A DNA stretch of 64,000 nt from positions 79,095 to 143,094 of the forward strand of contig JACQCF010000010.1 in the NCBI GenBank assembly GCA_016201795.1, read 5' to 3'. A model generated the notes under the pieces. It saw nothing but the letters and a program-made list of their open reading frames with translations. It was not told the origin of the DNA and ran no database searches. Below, piece after piece: positions 8,851 through 23,800 of this stretch. The translations under genes were made by a program, and so were the position numbers. Positions within the stretch are counted from its first letter, which is position 1; each line of letters begins with the position of its first letter. The stretch is from Candidatus Omnitrophota bacterium (GTDB lineage Bacteria > Omnitrophota > Gorgyraeia > Zapsychrales > Fredricksoniimonadaceae).

Positions 8851-11800
8851 ATGAATAAAAACGAAGAATTCAATCAAAAAACCCCCCAGGACGATGGTGG
8901 TTTTGCTTTTATTCCAGAGAATATAGATAAAAGCAAAAAATCAGATTTCCCCTCGTTGCAGCCTCCAGAAAGCATTTCCCCAGAGCAGGTTACGTCAATT
9001 AAACCGGAAATTCCTTTAGCCGACAAAAGGCCGTTTGTGAGCAATTTCAAACAATGGATCAGGACGGTCGCCATCGTGATTCTGGCGGTGTTTGTGCCGG
9101 ATCAGGTGAGCTGGGCATTTGGCTATAACCCAACGGTGCTGTATAAAAACCTGCCTATTGCCCAGGCGCCGTTGACTGGGGTAGGGGCGATCAATGATCA
9201 CCCCCAACAGGCAAGCGCCCAGGTTGCCGGTTCGGTGGAATACTTGCTCAAGCAGATCCAGGATAAAGACCGGCTGAGGGTACAATTAAATTTGGATAAT
9301 CAGCCGGTCAGTCAATGGTCAATGGTCAATGGTCAAAATATTCTACCATCCACTATTCACCCTAAACCATTAACCGTTGACACCCGCACCACGTTTGATC
9401 AAAACAACATTGCCAAAATTACCCAGTGGCTCTCTGATCCCAATCTCAATGTTCTTAACTGCGGGGTGTATGCCCTGCAGGAAGTGCTGGCCAAGAAAGG
9501 TATCAACCGCTCCCTGGAAGAAATTTCCGTGCTGACGGTCTCCACGGATTTGCTGGCCAATATCATCAAGGTGGGCGAGCCCAAACTCAAGACCACGTTG
9601 TTTGCCATCAGCAAAGTCGGCTCCGCCCTGGGGCTTAATTACCAGGCGCTTAAAGTCGAGGCCAAAGAGGAGCTCAATTTACCCGCGCCTTTTATCGCCC
9701 ATTTAAACAGCGAGCATTTTGTGACGGTCAAAAAGGTCAGCGGGCACAAAGTCTTTATCGATGATCTTGGCCATCCGCAGATTGTTGAGCGCGCCGAGTT
9801 TGAGAAAAATTTAGACGGGTTTGTGTATACAGAAATTCCGTCAAGTGTCATTGCGAGCGAACACAGTGAGCGAAGCAATCTATTAGATTCTCATCAAAAG
9901 ATTGCTTCAGTCGCTACGCTCCTTCGCAATGACACAGCCATACAATACGAAATCGTCCCCGAAGCCATGCAAGCCTTTGTCTGGGGCGACAAGTGGCGCG
10001 ACAGGTCGCAGAACCTGCCGGGGTTGTTTAACGCCGAACAGTTTGCCATTACCCAACTCACCGCAATCGTGGGAGCCTTTTGCCCGGTATGCGGCCTGGC
10101 CATGACCGTTGGTTATCAAGCTGCCAACGGCGCATCCATGGAGCAAATTGGAATGACCATTGGTATCGCCGTGGCGATGATGGCCTTATCAGCAGCGGTC
10201 GGCGCGGCTAGCAACAGCGGCGGGTCTACTACAGATGCCGGAGGGACAACTGGCACTGGAACAACAGGCACCGAGGTCACGGGAACAACAGGCACCGAGG
10301 TCACGGGAACAACAGGTACGGAAGTCACCGCTGGAACAGGCACACCAGTCGGTACAGGAGTTGGCACTGCAACATCTACAACTCCCACCACTTTCGGGGG
10401 CCGGTTTTGGGGCAATTTTACAGGCAACTTTACTAAACCGGTTTTAAGCGTCGGAAATCTTACCATGAGCTTCGTCGGCATGGCCGCCAGCAGATTGGCG
10501 GGGGACATAGCTACGATTTGCGTGCTGGAGGGAGCCTGCGATCAGACCACCGGATTTATTTTAAGCACCGCGCTTTCGATTGGGTTAACCGTTGGGGTCG
10601 CGTCTGTCGCTAATTTCGGGAAAACTGCTCCTGTGGATGCCAGCAAAGATACACTGGCTAATGGCGGCACAGAATTTGACGCTCAGTACGTTCATGATGC
10701 TGTTGCCGGCGGCGCGAGCCCAGACGATGCCACCTTTTGGGCCTGGTTTGATGGAGCATCAGAAAAGCAAGCTATGTTAATTGGGACGGAAGTCGCCAAA
10801 TTTTCAGGAAGTTTCTCAAATTTCGCAACAGCTTTTGCCAAAGGTCTTGCCAAAGGCCTTGTTTTAGGCGCGGTCAAAGGCATTGTGTCATTGGAAGTCA
10901 CTCAGGCCGTCAACAGCGCCATCTGCCCTCATCAAAATAAATGCAGTGAAAGCGATAAAATTTTGTCGCAGACCCTGGGCACGCTTCTGTCTTCCGTGGC
11001 CTCCGATGTGGCGGTTGCCACGGTGAGGTATATCGGCGATAACATTTCTAAGGGAGCAGCCGGTTTCGGCAAAATGCCGGGAACCCAACCAGGAAAAACA
11101 GATGCTTTTATTGCTGCGGAAAATAAAGTCAAAGATATCAGCAATACGCAGGAGTATGAAACTGCAATGGAAAAGGCTGGGGATGATTGGTTCCGTCAAA
11201 GATACGATAAAGCCATTAAAAATGGCGAAGATCTTAGCAAAATAGATTTTGAGGGGGGCGTTCAACAAGCGGAACAACAGTGGAAGGCTTCCACCAATCA
11301 AGACAACTTTTTTAAGGGTGAACTCGGTTACATGGCAAACAATAACGGCAGCGAAGGCGAGTGGCATCCAGCCAACTTCTTTAAATATACGGGGGTGATT
11401 TTAAAAGCCGACCTTCCCTTTATCGCCGGTCAGCTCACCGGCGGGGCCCTGCGCCTGGCCGCGGCCCAGATGGGCATTAAAGCTGACAGCCAATTCTCCC
11501 AAGGTTTTGCCGCAGCCGGTAACCTCCTGAGCAGTGCAGCTATTCAGTATGGGTTTGACAAAACTTTCAGAGAGAGGCCTTTGCTTGACTTTGATAATGG
11601 AATGAAAGGGTTCAGCTCCAGCATCATAGGAGGTATGGTCATGCTGGGCGCTACCCAGGCGGTCATGTCCATGGGATTAATAGCTTTAGAAGGCGCCATC
11701 GTGGGCAAGGCCCCGGGCAGAAATGCTTCGGCCAGACAACTGCGCGATTATGAAAACAATTTGGCCGTATTTCGAACCACGTTTTTGATCGACACCAGTT

Positions 11801-14800
11801 TCTTAAGCGCCGGAGCGCTGGCATCCTTTGATAAAAATTTCACCGGTGATGCTTCGATAGATTCGGACAAGCAAAGAAACGCGATGCTTGAGGAAGGCAA
11901 GAATGTGCCCGACGGCCAAAACACCTTTGGTAATCGTTTGAATGCGGCCTGGTCTTTGCCGGGAAGCCCTATGTCCAATATGACGGACACCCTTTTTGGC
12001 GGCCCCTACTTGAAACAATATATTAAAACCGGCAGCTTCGGCGGGCTGCATAATTTCGACGCCTATTCCGGCGGGGTGCATGATTTTAATTCCTATTCCG
12101 ACACTCTTCAGCAGCTCAACGGCTACACGCCTGATAATGTGATTGCTGCCGACAATTTATGGAAGCAGATCAAGAAAGGCAATCAAGTTTCCAATTTGCC
12201 CACTGGCTTTACCAGTGTGGGCGGCTTGCTGGTGGCAGATCGTTTCAGCGTGCCGCAAAAACTTTCCAAAGAAGAGCTGCGCATGCAATGGCTTTTGCAA
12301 ATGTCAACTTCCGGGCTTTTATATAACGGGCTCATTCCGATCAGCACCATCAACAGCGTCATGCATCAAGCCGATATTTATGCGTTCAGGCTTGTGCCCG
12401 GCAGTTTCGCGCCCAACGAGCAAGTGCGCGACACTCTTGAGATGCTGGGCTTTGAAGTGCCGCGGCTGATGCAGCGCTACGGCGATGACGGCAAACTCAA
12501 TTATTATCTGGCCACGGGAAGTGTTACGACCAGCACCGGCAAACAGCTGCGCGGTCTGGGGCTTAATGATAAGCAGTATATTGTAGAAGGCAATAAATTA
12601 ACCATGCTTGCGCCGTTGGAGGAAGTAGCAGTTTCCGACGGCAAGATTTCCTCACCTTTAGGCATCACGGCATTAGACCGCGCCGCTGGTAAAACAATTA
12701 ACGTTGTTGGCCAAGATGACCAAGGAATAGAAAGCATCAATTATTCTTCTTCCGTGGATTCTAACGGCAACCGCCATGGGCAAATTCAAGAGACCAGAAT
12801 AGGGGCCAATGGAAGACTGCAAAATTCAACCATGGGTGGAGTTGAAGATGCGCATGGAAATATGTACGTTAGGAATTTTCAACCAGAAATTCGGGTTGGT
12901 AAAACTGATCAAGCAGAAATAGATAGAATTCAAACTGCATACAAAGAAGGTAAAATCACAGAGAAGGAAGCAAGGAGACTCGTCATAAATGCAATCACCG
13001 ATCCTGTGGCTGCGCAAATGCTGGCTGAAGGCATAAAATTCCTTGGCAATTCTGCTCCTCTTAGCCCTGCCAGCATGAACGGTTCCATCATTAATACTCA
13101 AGGCAAACCCATCGCTGCTTTGTATGGCGGCAGTCGAGACGAAAACTGGAGAGATACAACTACCGGGCCGTTACCTCTGGCGTTGACTCTTGTTTTAGGC
13201 AATGGCTTTAATCAAAACAGCAACGGCCAGGTTACCAGCCCGGAAAATGTCACGACCGTTATCCATGTTTCGGGAGGCCTTGATTTCAATCAAGCCATTT
13301 CAGGTAATTACGCAGGCGCTAATTCTGCCACGGACGTAGGGTTTACCAACATTAATAGCTTTGATCCCAAGACCGGTTTAGCCAAAGCGAACGGTTCATG
13401 GACAACGTACTGGGGTGGAGGGATAGTTCCGATGGTTGCTCAAGATCAGGGAGAGGGCCAAGAGCCATCGTCAATCACACAAGCCCGCATAGCCGCTGGT
13501 GGTTCCGTGGCCTGGCGGAAATTTTTAAAAGAAGGCCAGCCCGTTGAGACTCAGGGAACATTCCAACAAGCAGTGGTTGATCTAAGCCAGGGACAACCTA
13601 ATTATGTTATCAGCCGAGAAGGCAGCGTTGGAAAGTTTGTCAATTTCCAAAATGGAAAAGCGGAAATGTTTGATACAAATGGCGGCGGCATGGTTGGTTT
13701 TAATAGTTTTAACACGCCCAAGGAAATGGCTAACCCAGGACTGGTTATCACTAACAATGGAGTGATGGACAATATGGGCGTGTTTGGTTATAGAAAAGGA
13801 GAATGGGGTAATGCGCCCAATGGCAGACAATACTCAAATGCTTTTAAATCTTGGATTGTTTCAAGTGCCGGCATACGCAGCGAGGATTATGTATCTAATG
13901 ATTCTCAAAATCCCTCCTTACAAAAAACAGAAAAAGGGTCTGAATCAGAGTTTAGCCAGTCTAAACTGACAGATCCCTTGGGTAGTCTATTAGGCTACAC
14001 TTCAGTTTTAAATACAAGAGTAAAAGCAAAAGCAGACACCGACATTATCATGAAAGCCACAAGCCCGCTTACTTTTGCTGAAGCCTTGAGTTCAACGCCT
14101 CGATGGATGGGGGTCAGCGGAACCATGACAGTTTCAGGCGGCCAAGGCACCGAGACCATTACTCCCACCATAGGAAGTTTTGCCGTTACTTCTGGAATCA
14201 GCTTGCCTTCATTCCAAATGCAATCGTTCAACCTTGATACTAAAACAGTGACCGATAAAGTCAGCATTGATGTGAAAGACCAGGATGTTTCTAAATTGCC
14301 TATTGCATTGACTCTTCCTGATGGGGTCGCCTTTCCATTTTCTATTCCGATTAGTAATGGAGGTTCAGGCGAAGCCGGCCCGATGCCTGCGGCTTTAAAC
14401 TTTTCTAATGTCAACAGTTTAGTTTCCCCAGTTTCAGATGTTCCTATTTTCGGCACGTCCATGTATTGGGTGCGTACACCTGGTCCAAGAGCGGAATATA
14501 CGGCGGATACGAAGACCAATACAGTTACAGAAGAAGAAAAGCCGGCGGATGAAATTACAGGAATCAGACAGGGCTTTTTAGGATTTCAGGGTGACCTCGT
14601 TAATGGTAGTTTGCAAGATAATCCCACTAATATAAGAGTGCTGGTGGGGAATAATTTGGAAAAAGGATTTCAGATTTCTCAGACCAGCGAGCCTGTGCTT
14701 ATGGGAGAAGGTCCTTTGCCGGCTAGAACTTTTGAAACCAGAAATGAAACAAAAGCAGTCATGCCCGGCGGAAGTTTTGATGTTATCGATGGCCGGGTGA

Positions 14801-17800
14801 GGGTCAGCGACGGCAGTAAAGTGAGGGTCAATGAGAGTATAACCGGCACACAGCTTGGCTCCGGGGTCAGCTTAAGAGATGACATTTACGCGGCAGGAGA
14901 ACCTGCCTTCCGTGGGTTGATGGTTAATAATAAGTTCAACGCTAAAGGTGAGACGGATGTGTCAGTACTGGCGCCCATAGCGAATGAATCGAATCAATAT
15001 ATGAAAATCATTCAGCCATTGTCACCGCTGGAAGTTACGCTTTTTTCCACCCCGCGAGAGATTTCAGGAGGATTATATATTCCTGAGGGGCTTGATATTG
15101 CTGTAGGCGGCCACATTGATCAGCCGGATTACGGCTTCACAGTTAATTTACAAGAATTTGAGAGATCTCCTTCTGGATTGCTGTCAGAAAGTTTTATATT
15201 GGGGCAAGGTCGTTATTTGAATGGATCCCCTGCTGATGTAAAAAGTAAAATCAGTGACAGTGTAGATAGTCAAAAAACTTCCAACGATATTCCTTCACTT
15301 GCTCATGCGGGTGTTGCTGAAATGATTCCTTATGGAGACAAAGCCATCTATACAGCAAATGATCAAGTAGCAGAAAAATTTGTAGCTAAGGTAGAGAATC
15401 ACGAAATAGCTCCGGACACAGCGGGAGGCGAAAAGGACATTGCCAAAGATCAGAAGACCGTAGAAGCTGTCGCTCAAAGCAAAAAATCATATTTAGCTTT
15501 TAACATGAATGCCGATGGGACCTTAACACACAATATCAGTGGTAATCAGGTATTGGTGTTTGATGGGATTACCAAAACAAATCCTTTAAGCAGGAACATG
15601 GACGTAGATACTCAGCTTAAAGATGATAAAGGTAACCCCGAAGGTGTTTATCACTTAGCCAGAGAAGGAGAATTGGCTCTTGGGAATGAAGCTGACCATA
15701 GATTAGTAGGGATGGTGCGTGAGGATAACGGGGGGTATCATTTCTTCGGTACAGACAACTTGGTTTATAAGATCGATAGTCAAAAAGGATGGGGATCTTT
15801 TGCTATAGATGCTGCTCAAAGCCCACAACTATTAGCTGCTATTAACGCCTCAAGAAAGAATCTAGGATTGCCACCTTTAACAGAGAAGATTGTGCGCGGC
15901 CAGATTAATGAAAATAATGCGATTTCTCTTAAATCCAATCCAAATATCAATGGAGGGTTTGACGGTAATATCGATATTTATGGTAATTATTCTCCCGCCT
16001 CCACTGAATCTCTGACCGATGTTAAAGGAAAAATAACCACTTATGATCAAAATGGAAAGAATCCCTTGGATGCATCCATAGGTGGCAAAGGATGGAATTA
16101 TGCTGTTGGTGATGGGAGATGGATTGCTGAAGGTCATCAAGATAATCGGGGACGCCTATGGGGGTATGATTTTACAAATGGTCAAATGTATGTACCAACT
16201 TCTCCGGGAGTATTAGCCAAAATTGATATGGCCCAGCTGAGGGCAGCTGATTCCGATGATGGTTCTAAAATATCTAAGCAAGTGCAAAAACAAAGAACTG
16301 AGGATTGGCTAGATAAAAACTATGGCAATAAAGCTGGCATATATGATGGCCATGGATACATTCCTATGGGTATAATTCAAGACGGCAAGAAAATGAGGCT
16401 GGCTATAGTAAGTAACTATAAAGGGCTTGAGCACATGAACGTCTGGAGTGATGTTGAGAGGGCAGGTTTAGCAACAGGATTTGTTGACTATGTAGAAGTG
16501 GAAATCAACGATAAGACCAAAGAATATTTACAACCTTATTTTTCACAAATAGAAACAGCTGCAGTTGCAAACTCGCTTCAAAACAACAGCTCCTTGCTGT
16601 ATCAGGAATTAAATAAAGCGGGTTACCGTAATATTCTTATGCCGGATGAAATTAATAGTAATACGGTTTCCGTCAAAGGGGTCAGTGAGGATGGAACAAA
16701 ATTGACTGTCACAATGTTAGGCAAAGATATGGAGATTCCTATCAATGAAGGAAATAAAGGACTTTTAACCATCGTTCCTAAGAACAATACTACAAATGTT
16801 GTTGAGAATCAAAAGATGGCAGAAAGCGCGCGCGCTGTTTTACCGAAACAAGGAAACGACTTTCAACAAAAGATGACAGCCTTAGGAGTTAATAAAGACA
16901 ATGTTCATATCGGTTTAGGTTCTGGAAAATCCATCGTCCTAATTGATCAAGGCAACGGCGTGTTTTCTTCCACCGCGGATGCTGAAGGCTCATCCATTGT
17001 AACGGCAGGGAATGTGAATGGTTTAAATGTGCGTAGAACGGCCAGAGAGATTATGGGAAGTGAATACGGTCTGCCTAAAATTAATGTCCCTGATGGAGAG
17101 GATATTTATCTTGTTGCCAATTCAAAGCGATCTAGGGAAGTTGTGAACGCATGGCAAACGGAAATGAATAAAGGTCAGAATAATTTTGTTTTTGCGGTCA
17201 TGGAAGATGGGCGCTCAATATATGTACCTGTTGACGCAATAAAGTCAGTTGGAGCAGGCCGCATATGGTGGTATGGGGAAGACAGCATTAAGCCCGTTTC
17301 TTATTGGGATGGAAAATCCTGGGTTATAGGATTGGTTAAAAAGGAATACTTACCCACCGAAAAACCTAAGTCAATTTCAAACAATCCAGGAGAAGATCCT
17401 GAAATACGAGGAAGATTGAATTCTTTCAAGGTTCGTGCTTATCGGGGTCAAGGCTTGTTTAATTTAGCCAGCAATGATGGCTGGATTTCTATGAATGGAA
17501 AATCTGCCAGCATAGACGGCAACGACCTGCAGAATCAATTCGGCTATATGATAGTGCCTGATTTTCGTGTTTCCGGTTCACAAATGCTGCACAATTCTTT
17601 GAGACCCGATTATGCAGGTTTAGTCCAACGCAATAGGGCTACTGAAATGGAAGGGGCCATCGATGCGGCCTTGGCCGCACCGATAGTTTTAGACGTTGCT
17701 TTGGGAACGCATGGAGTTTTGTCTTCCAGCATTAGAAGTACCGGACTAATGGCAAGAGCAGCCATGGAAGGTGGTCATTTATGGGGACGAAGTGAAGCTA

Positions 17801-20800
17801 TAAATTATTTTGTCGGAAGGGCCTCCTCGGCTTTTGTTCAACAAGTAGCTGACAGGTATGTTTTGAATCGTGTCGCCACATTTGCTGCCGGTAATGTGGC
17901 TTTAGGAAACACATTAAATTTTATGGCCAATGGAAAGCTTTTATCAGGCGATGAGAATCTTAAAGCCGCATTGTTTGGGGCTTTAGTTTCCCGTAATGGC
18001 CTATTTACCCTGCCAGGCAAAGGAGAGTGGGGAACTTTTGGCAAAGAATTATTATATAAAGGCCCTTTCAGTAAGGCCTGGTATAACCCTGCTAAATGGG
18101 GAGCAGCGACGGTTTATTTAGGCATTCCTAATACATTTTCTTTGGTCTCAGGAAACGGACTTCTTCCTCTTAATACTAACATAGCCTTAAGCATGGTTGC
18201 CTTAAGTGCTCCCTTATCAAAGAATTTTACTGCTGCCGGAAAGAATCTGACAGGGATCGCCGGAATACAAAATCATATATACACCCAAGCTTTATTGTGG
18301 GGTCGTGTTGAGGCTGGTGTGGATATTTCCATGAAGGCTTTACAAGGCACGTCAACGAGCTATTACGATGTAGGAGCGTCTTTTGCGACGGGATCTTTGA
18401 AAGGTATGGCTTTTGGTGGTTTAATTGGCACAGCTGCTGAATTGACTTCCTCCGCCCAAGCAGCAGAAAAATTAAACAGACTTAATGGATATGTCCAAAA
18501 TCCAGTGATACGATCTGTCGGGGGAGTGGCAGCAGTACCAACAGTATCCTTCTTATTAAAAACATTAGATGGCAAGGGAACATTTAGGGAAAACCTCAGT
18601 CAAAGTTTCTCATTGGAAAACATGGTTGCCGGAGCCATTATTGGTGGTTTTGCTTCACCTTCCGCGATGAAAATGAATGCATTGTCCCGAACTCTTTATG
18701 GAGCGGGCGTCGGCAGTGCCGCTAAAGTAGCTCATGATTATATTGAAACTAAAAGTCAGGGACGAGATTATTTTACTGGTAGAGGAGGGAAATTTGTTGC
18801 CAGTACAGTGAGTGGGGCTGCCTTAGGTGCTTTGACAGCAGGATTCGCGGGAGGCAATAAAGATATTGTGGGAACATTGAAAGGATTTAAAGAACCATCC
18901 AGGTTATTAGAAGCTTCCGCTCAAGGCGCCAGAACATGGGTCGGTGTTTCGCCGGCATTTACCGTTGGTGGAGCGTTATGGGGAGGATATTTCAATCGCC
19001 TTGAACAATGGATAGACCACGGCGATATGACTGGAACACCTTGGATGCCTGTCCAGGTTGGCCTGGACGAAAGAGATAATCCTATTCAAAAGGAGCTGTT
19101 TAGTAAGAAAGGAATGAAAGTTTTAATTGAAGGAGCTATTCAAGGACCTAAATCTGGTCTGTGGATGGGTCCCGGCTTAAGCATCATCCAGGTTAAAGGA
19201 TCAAAAGTTCCTGAATCCGGCACATTGGGCAGAGCAGTTTATCGTCTTCAGAGACCATTTACGACAGGAAATGGTGCTGAACTTACCAATGGCACTTTGA
19301 ATCGCGCTTGGAGCAATTTTGTTTATATGCCAGGCGTGGTCACGGGCATAAAGGATGTATCGAACTATTTAGCTAATGAAGGGAAATACTCTCTAACTTC
19401 TTTAGCCAATACCATTGATGGCGCAACAGCAGAACAAAGACCAGATTACAAAGTACTTAGCCCTACTGAATTATCTTATGCGGGTTGGACAGGCATGGTG
19501 ACTGTCCCTTCTTATGGTAGCAGAATGGATTATTTGGCCAAAGATTGGGGCGATGCCATGGCCAAGAATGATTATGTACAAGCCGCCAAAATAGTCGAAC
19601 AGATGAAACAAATAGATCCAAATAGCACACTGGTTCCTCAGATGCTTGCCCAGGCTAAGATGGGAAGTTTAAATCAGCTGAGGGCAAGGCAGCAGGGCTT
19701 GGACAAACCCTCCGTTGAATTGGCAGGACAAATCGGTAAGGCTCAAGGAGAAATCGATCAGCTTGTAAAACAAGGGTTGGCCTCCAACGATTCCGCAACT
19801 CGCGAAACTTTTCAGAAACTAAGCAATAATATCGAAGCTAGTCGACAAGCGGATATGGCAGATATTGTCTTACGCTCTGGATCAGAAGTAAAAGACCATG
19901 CAGAGAACCTTTATAGTCGAGCCAGAGAAATAGATCCGGATAACGCTCGAGGTTATTATTTGCGTGAAGCACGCACACGTGCGATGGAATATACACCTGC
20001 TGTAGGTGGAGAAGTTGTGACGAAGGCTGTGTTAGAACAACGTTCACAGCAGGATGCCAAGGTAGATGCTCTGTTGAACAAAGCAGATGCGTTAGCTAAG
20101 GGAGACGAAGCAGCCCAGCAGAGTATCAATGAGATTCGTCAAAACATTTCCGGCTGGCGTGAATATGAAAAATCAATGGACCATAAAGCTAAAGGGGAAA
20201 TTAGAGAAAGTTTTGCGGCTCTCGATCGTGCACATCAAGCAGATCCCGGAAACGGGTTTTATAAACACCGTTTGGCGTATGAACAGCAGCAGTTGCTGGA
20301 AGATAATTTGGGCAAAACGGAAGCAGATTTTAAAGCCATGGATGAATTATATCAGAAAGCTGCGGGGAACATTGCAGAAGCCATCACTCTTTATGAAAAA
20401 GCAGGCCGTCCTGATTTGGTTAAAGAAGCTCAAGCCCTACAGACAGGATTAAAAGTAGGGGACTTAAGCCGTCAGGCAGGACGGTTGTTTATGGAAAATA
20501 AATTTGCTGAGGCACAGGCCAAGATGGAGGAAGCGATTGGTATAAATGCTAAGGATCCGCAGCTACATTTTCAGCTAGCCAATATCCTTAAAGCCAAAGG
20601 GGCAGATGAGGCAACCGTTATTAAAGCCCTTGAGACCTCCAGTGTTTTGTATGCCGATCAGGGCAATGTCGGGATGGTGCATGCAATCATCCAGACCATT
20701 AAAACTTTACAAGGCAAAGTACTAGGAAGGGCTACTTTGGAAAAACCAGCGGCTGCCCAAAAAGTAGCTATCGAGACCACCGGTCCTCCTACTGAGCCAT

Positions 20801-23800
20801 CTAAGACGATGGAACCTGCATTGCCCGCACCTTCAATTAAACCCGCCGGCGAAGTTAACAATCAGCTTTTACTCTTTAGTGAGAATATCGGTCAAGGAAC
20901 AGGGGAGATTAAAAACCGCCCTGAAATAGAGATCTCGGAATCTGCAAGAGCACCAGCAGAGCATCCTGAGTTTGTAATGCCTTTTGTAATCAAGACCGGA
21001 AACGGTGTGGTCATGCGCGACATGACGGTCAGCGAACACAAGGCCTATGAAGAAGGGATCAAATTTCTTCAGAAAGAAAAAGATACCTCCATGTTGGCAA
21101 CAGCAGAGCCCATCTCAGAAAAACCAACTCGCACTAGCCGAGATATATTTAATAATCGACTTTTTGAAATTGTTGAAAACCCTCTTAATCGTTCCTTTGA
21201 TAATGCTCGCCTTGAGAAAATAGACATGAGAGATTCTCTAGAGATAGCTCAAACCCTTTGGAATAAATATCAGAAGGGTGAGACTCTTTCGGATGAAGGA
21301 GTGGAGGGTGCGTTTAAGCGTATGATTATAGAGGGATTGAAAGTAAATGTTGAAAAATTAGGAACCACATTTAAAGCTGATGATTATCAAAATGCCAGTG
21401 CTTTATTAGCGTTAGAATTAGTAAAACGTGCTCTCCACGGACATGAGTCAGTTCGTCAAATCTTCAATGACCCTGCCGGTATCGGTGGTAAAACAGAAAT
21501 GGCTTATGAAGTTGTAGCAGAAGTTTTACGTAGTGACAAAGATGTCCGCATTATCCATGCCACGACCGAGCAAAACGTTGAGACTGCAATTGACAATTAT
21601 GCCAAGCGCGGCCTGGCTGCTCATAGTTTTGTTGATGAAAGGGCAGATAGCGTAGAAAACGGAGTAACTGTTGTCAACACTCGTCAGTTGCTCGAATTAG
21701 CACGCCAGGGGTTGCTTAAAGGCACATTTATTATCGCTGACGAGCCGCAAGCTGGTTTTCAATCTCCATCTTTAATTATGGCTAAACAGCAAGGGTTGGT
21801 TAAGGAATATTTGGAACGTCATCCTGAGGTTCGTGTCCAATATGAACAAGAAATGGCTCATGACAGCAAGCTTTATGAAATCGCTTCACGTCAGGAGAAT
21901 GTTCAAGAGATTATCTCTAAAACACTTGAAAGCGGACAGCAGATACGCCATAGCTTCCAATTTGATACTGAGGCGACCAATCGTATTTTAAGTGAATTTG
22001 AACCAACACCTGAAGCAAAAGCTTTAAACCGCGATAGGGCGCAGCTTAAAGCGTTACTAGAAGGCATTGCCCTAGCGATTAAGGGTGATAAAGTTTATTA
22101 TATCACGGGACTTAATGAAAAAGGGCAAATGGAGTCCTATGCCACGGTTGATGCCCGTACCGAAGTGGTTATGGAGCGTACTTTGTTCGGGGATGAAGGA
22201 TCAGGGCTGTTCACCAGGGCACGTATGGTGGCTATCAAAGGAAACGCGCCATTGGATAAATATGTGGAGGCTTTTGCTGGACGTGAAAATGAAAAAGGCA
22301 GCACCTATGCAGATGCTTTGCAACAATCTCTCGGTTTCATTGGGCTTACGGCTACGGCTAAAGGTTTTGAGGGTTCTTTCCGTTCTATCAAAGCGGGTAC
22401 TATAGAAGTGCGTCCTGAGTTAGGAGTGCTTGACAGTAGGATTGCGGATACGATTCGTTTTGGAGCAGATAAGAGAGAAAGACCAGAATCCATTATTAAT
22501 AATGTTAATGATTTTCTAAACAGTCAAGAAGGACGTAATACCAATCTTACCCTTGTTTCCGAAGTTAATCGTGAAAATAGAGAAAACGCCGGGAAGATAT
22601 TTAGTGAGAGAGCCGGTGTAGAAGTACATGTTATCAATAACGGGGAAGAGTTAAAACAAATTCAAGACCTTATCACTGCAGACCCTGGCAAAAAACGCAT
22701 TGTTATTTTGCAGGTCTATGACGGTAGCAACGTTGCCAAAATGACTGATTTGGCAAAAAAACTCAATGTTCGTGCCAAGGTCATTTTGACCAACGTGGCT
22801 TCTCTTGTAGATATTATGCAAGCTTTTCAGCGTGTCGGTATTGAAGAAAAATTGGCTGAACGCCGTATTCCTGGCAGTGCGCAACAAAGCATTTCCACCA
22901 AAGATATTCGTTTGACCAGCGCCGAAAGGCAGACGTTAGAAACCTTAGTTGATAATGTTGAAGCTGCCCGTCAACTTAAAGAAACAGCGGTGGGTGAGCA
23001 AGACATCCAAGCGGCAGATACGGCCTTAAATCAAGCTCAGGCTCGTTTGCAAACAGAATTGATTCAAGTGGCCCATCACATTCAGTTTGAATTTGATGCG
23101 AATAATACGGTGATGATCGCACGAAACAACCGTCTAAATGGGGAGCTAACTAAGGCTGAACAGGAGGCCATTTATAATGATTTCAATAAAGCTGTTGCCC
23201 GTTTTGATGCGGATTATTTGGCTAAGACCGGTGCGGCATCTGTAAACCGTGCGCTTCTTACCAATAACGGGTATCAGACGTTTGCCTTTAATGAGCATAA
23301 AGAAATTCATCCAGTCAGCATGACAGCCACCAGCACAGCCGTTCAGTTAAACGGTGGCGCTCAGCTACTTCCGGGCCAAACAATCAATCTGACCAATGGA
23401 TTGATCACCAAAAATAATAACATTGTCGGTTTGTTTGCCACACATGATTGGGACGATGAGAAAACTCGGAGTTCTGAGATACTACCTGTTATTAATAATC
23501 AGATCGCATTACCGTTAAACCAGGGCCCACAAAGTTTACTTAATATCCAAGCTTTATATGGTATTGATCGGGATAAACAAATCAGTCTACAAATAAGCGC
23601 CTATAAAGTAGAAGCTACCCCCACTGCTCTAGCTACTCTTAAAGATTTAGGATTAAACCACTATGTGCCTGAGAATGGTTTTGTGACTATTCCTAAACAG
23701 GCATTTGAAAAAGCTTTTGAGATTGATAATGATCTTTATGGTCAATTTGGTTTCTCTCACGCCCAGAACATTATGATTCGCCAGGGTTTCGTGGAGGGCA

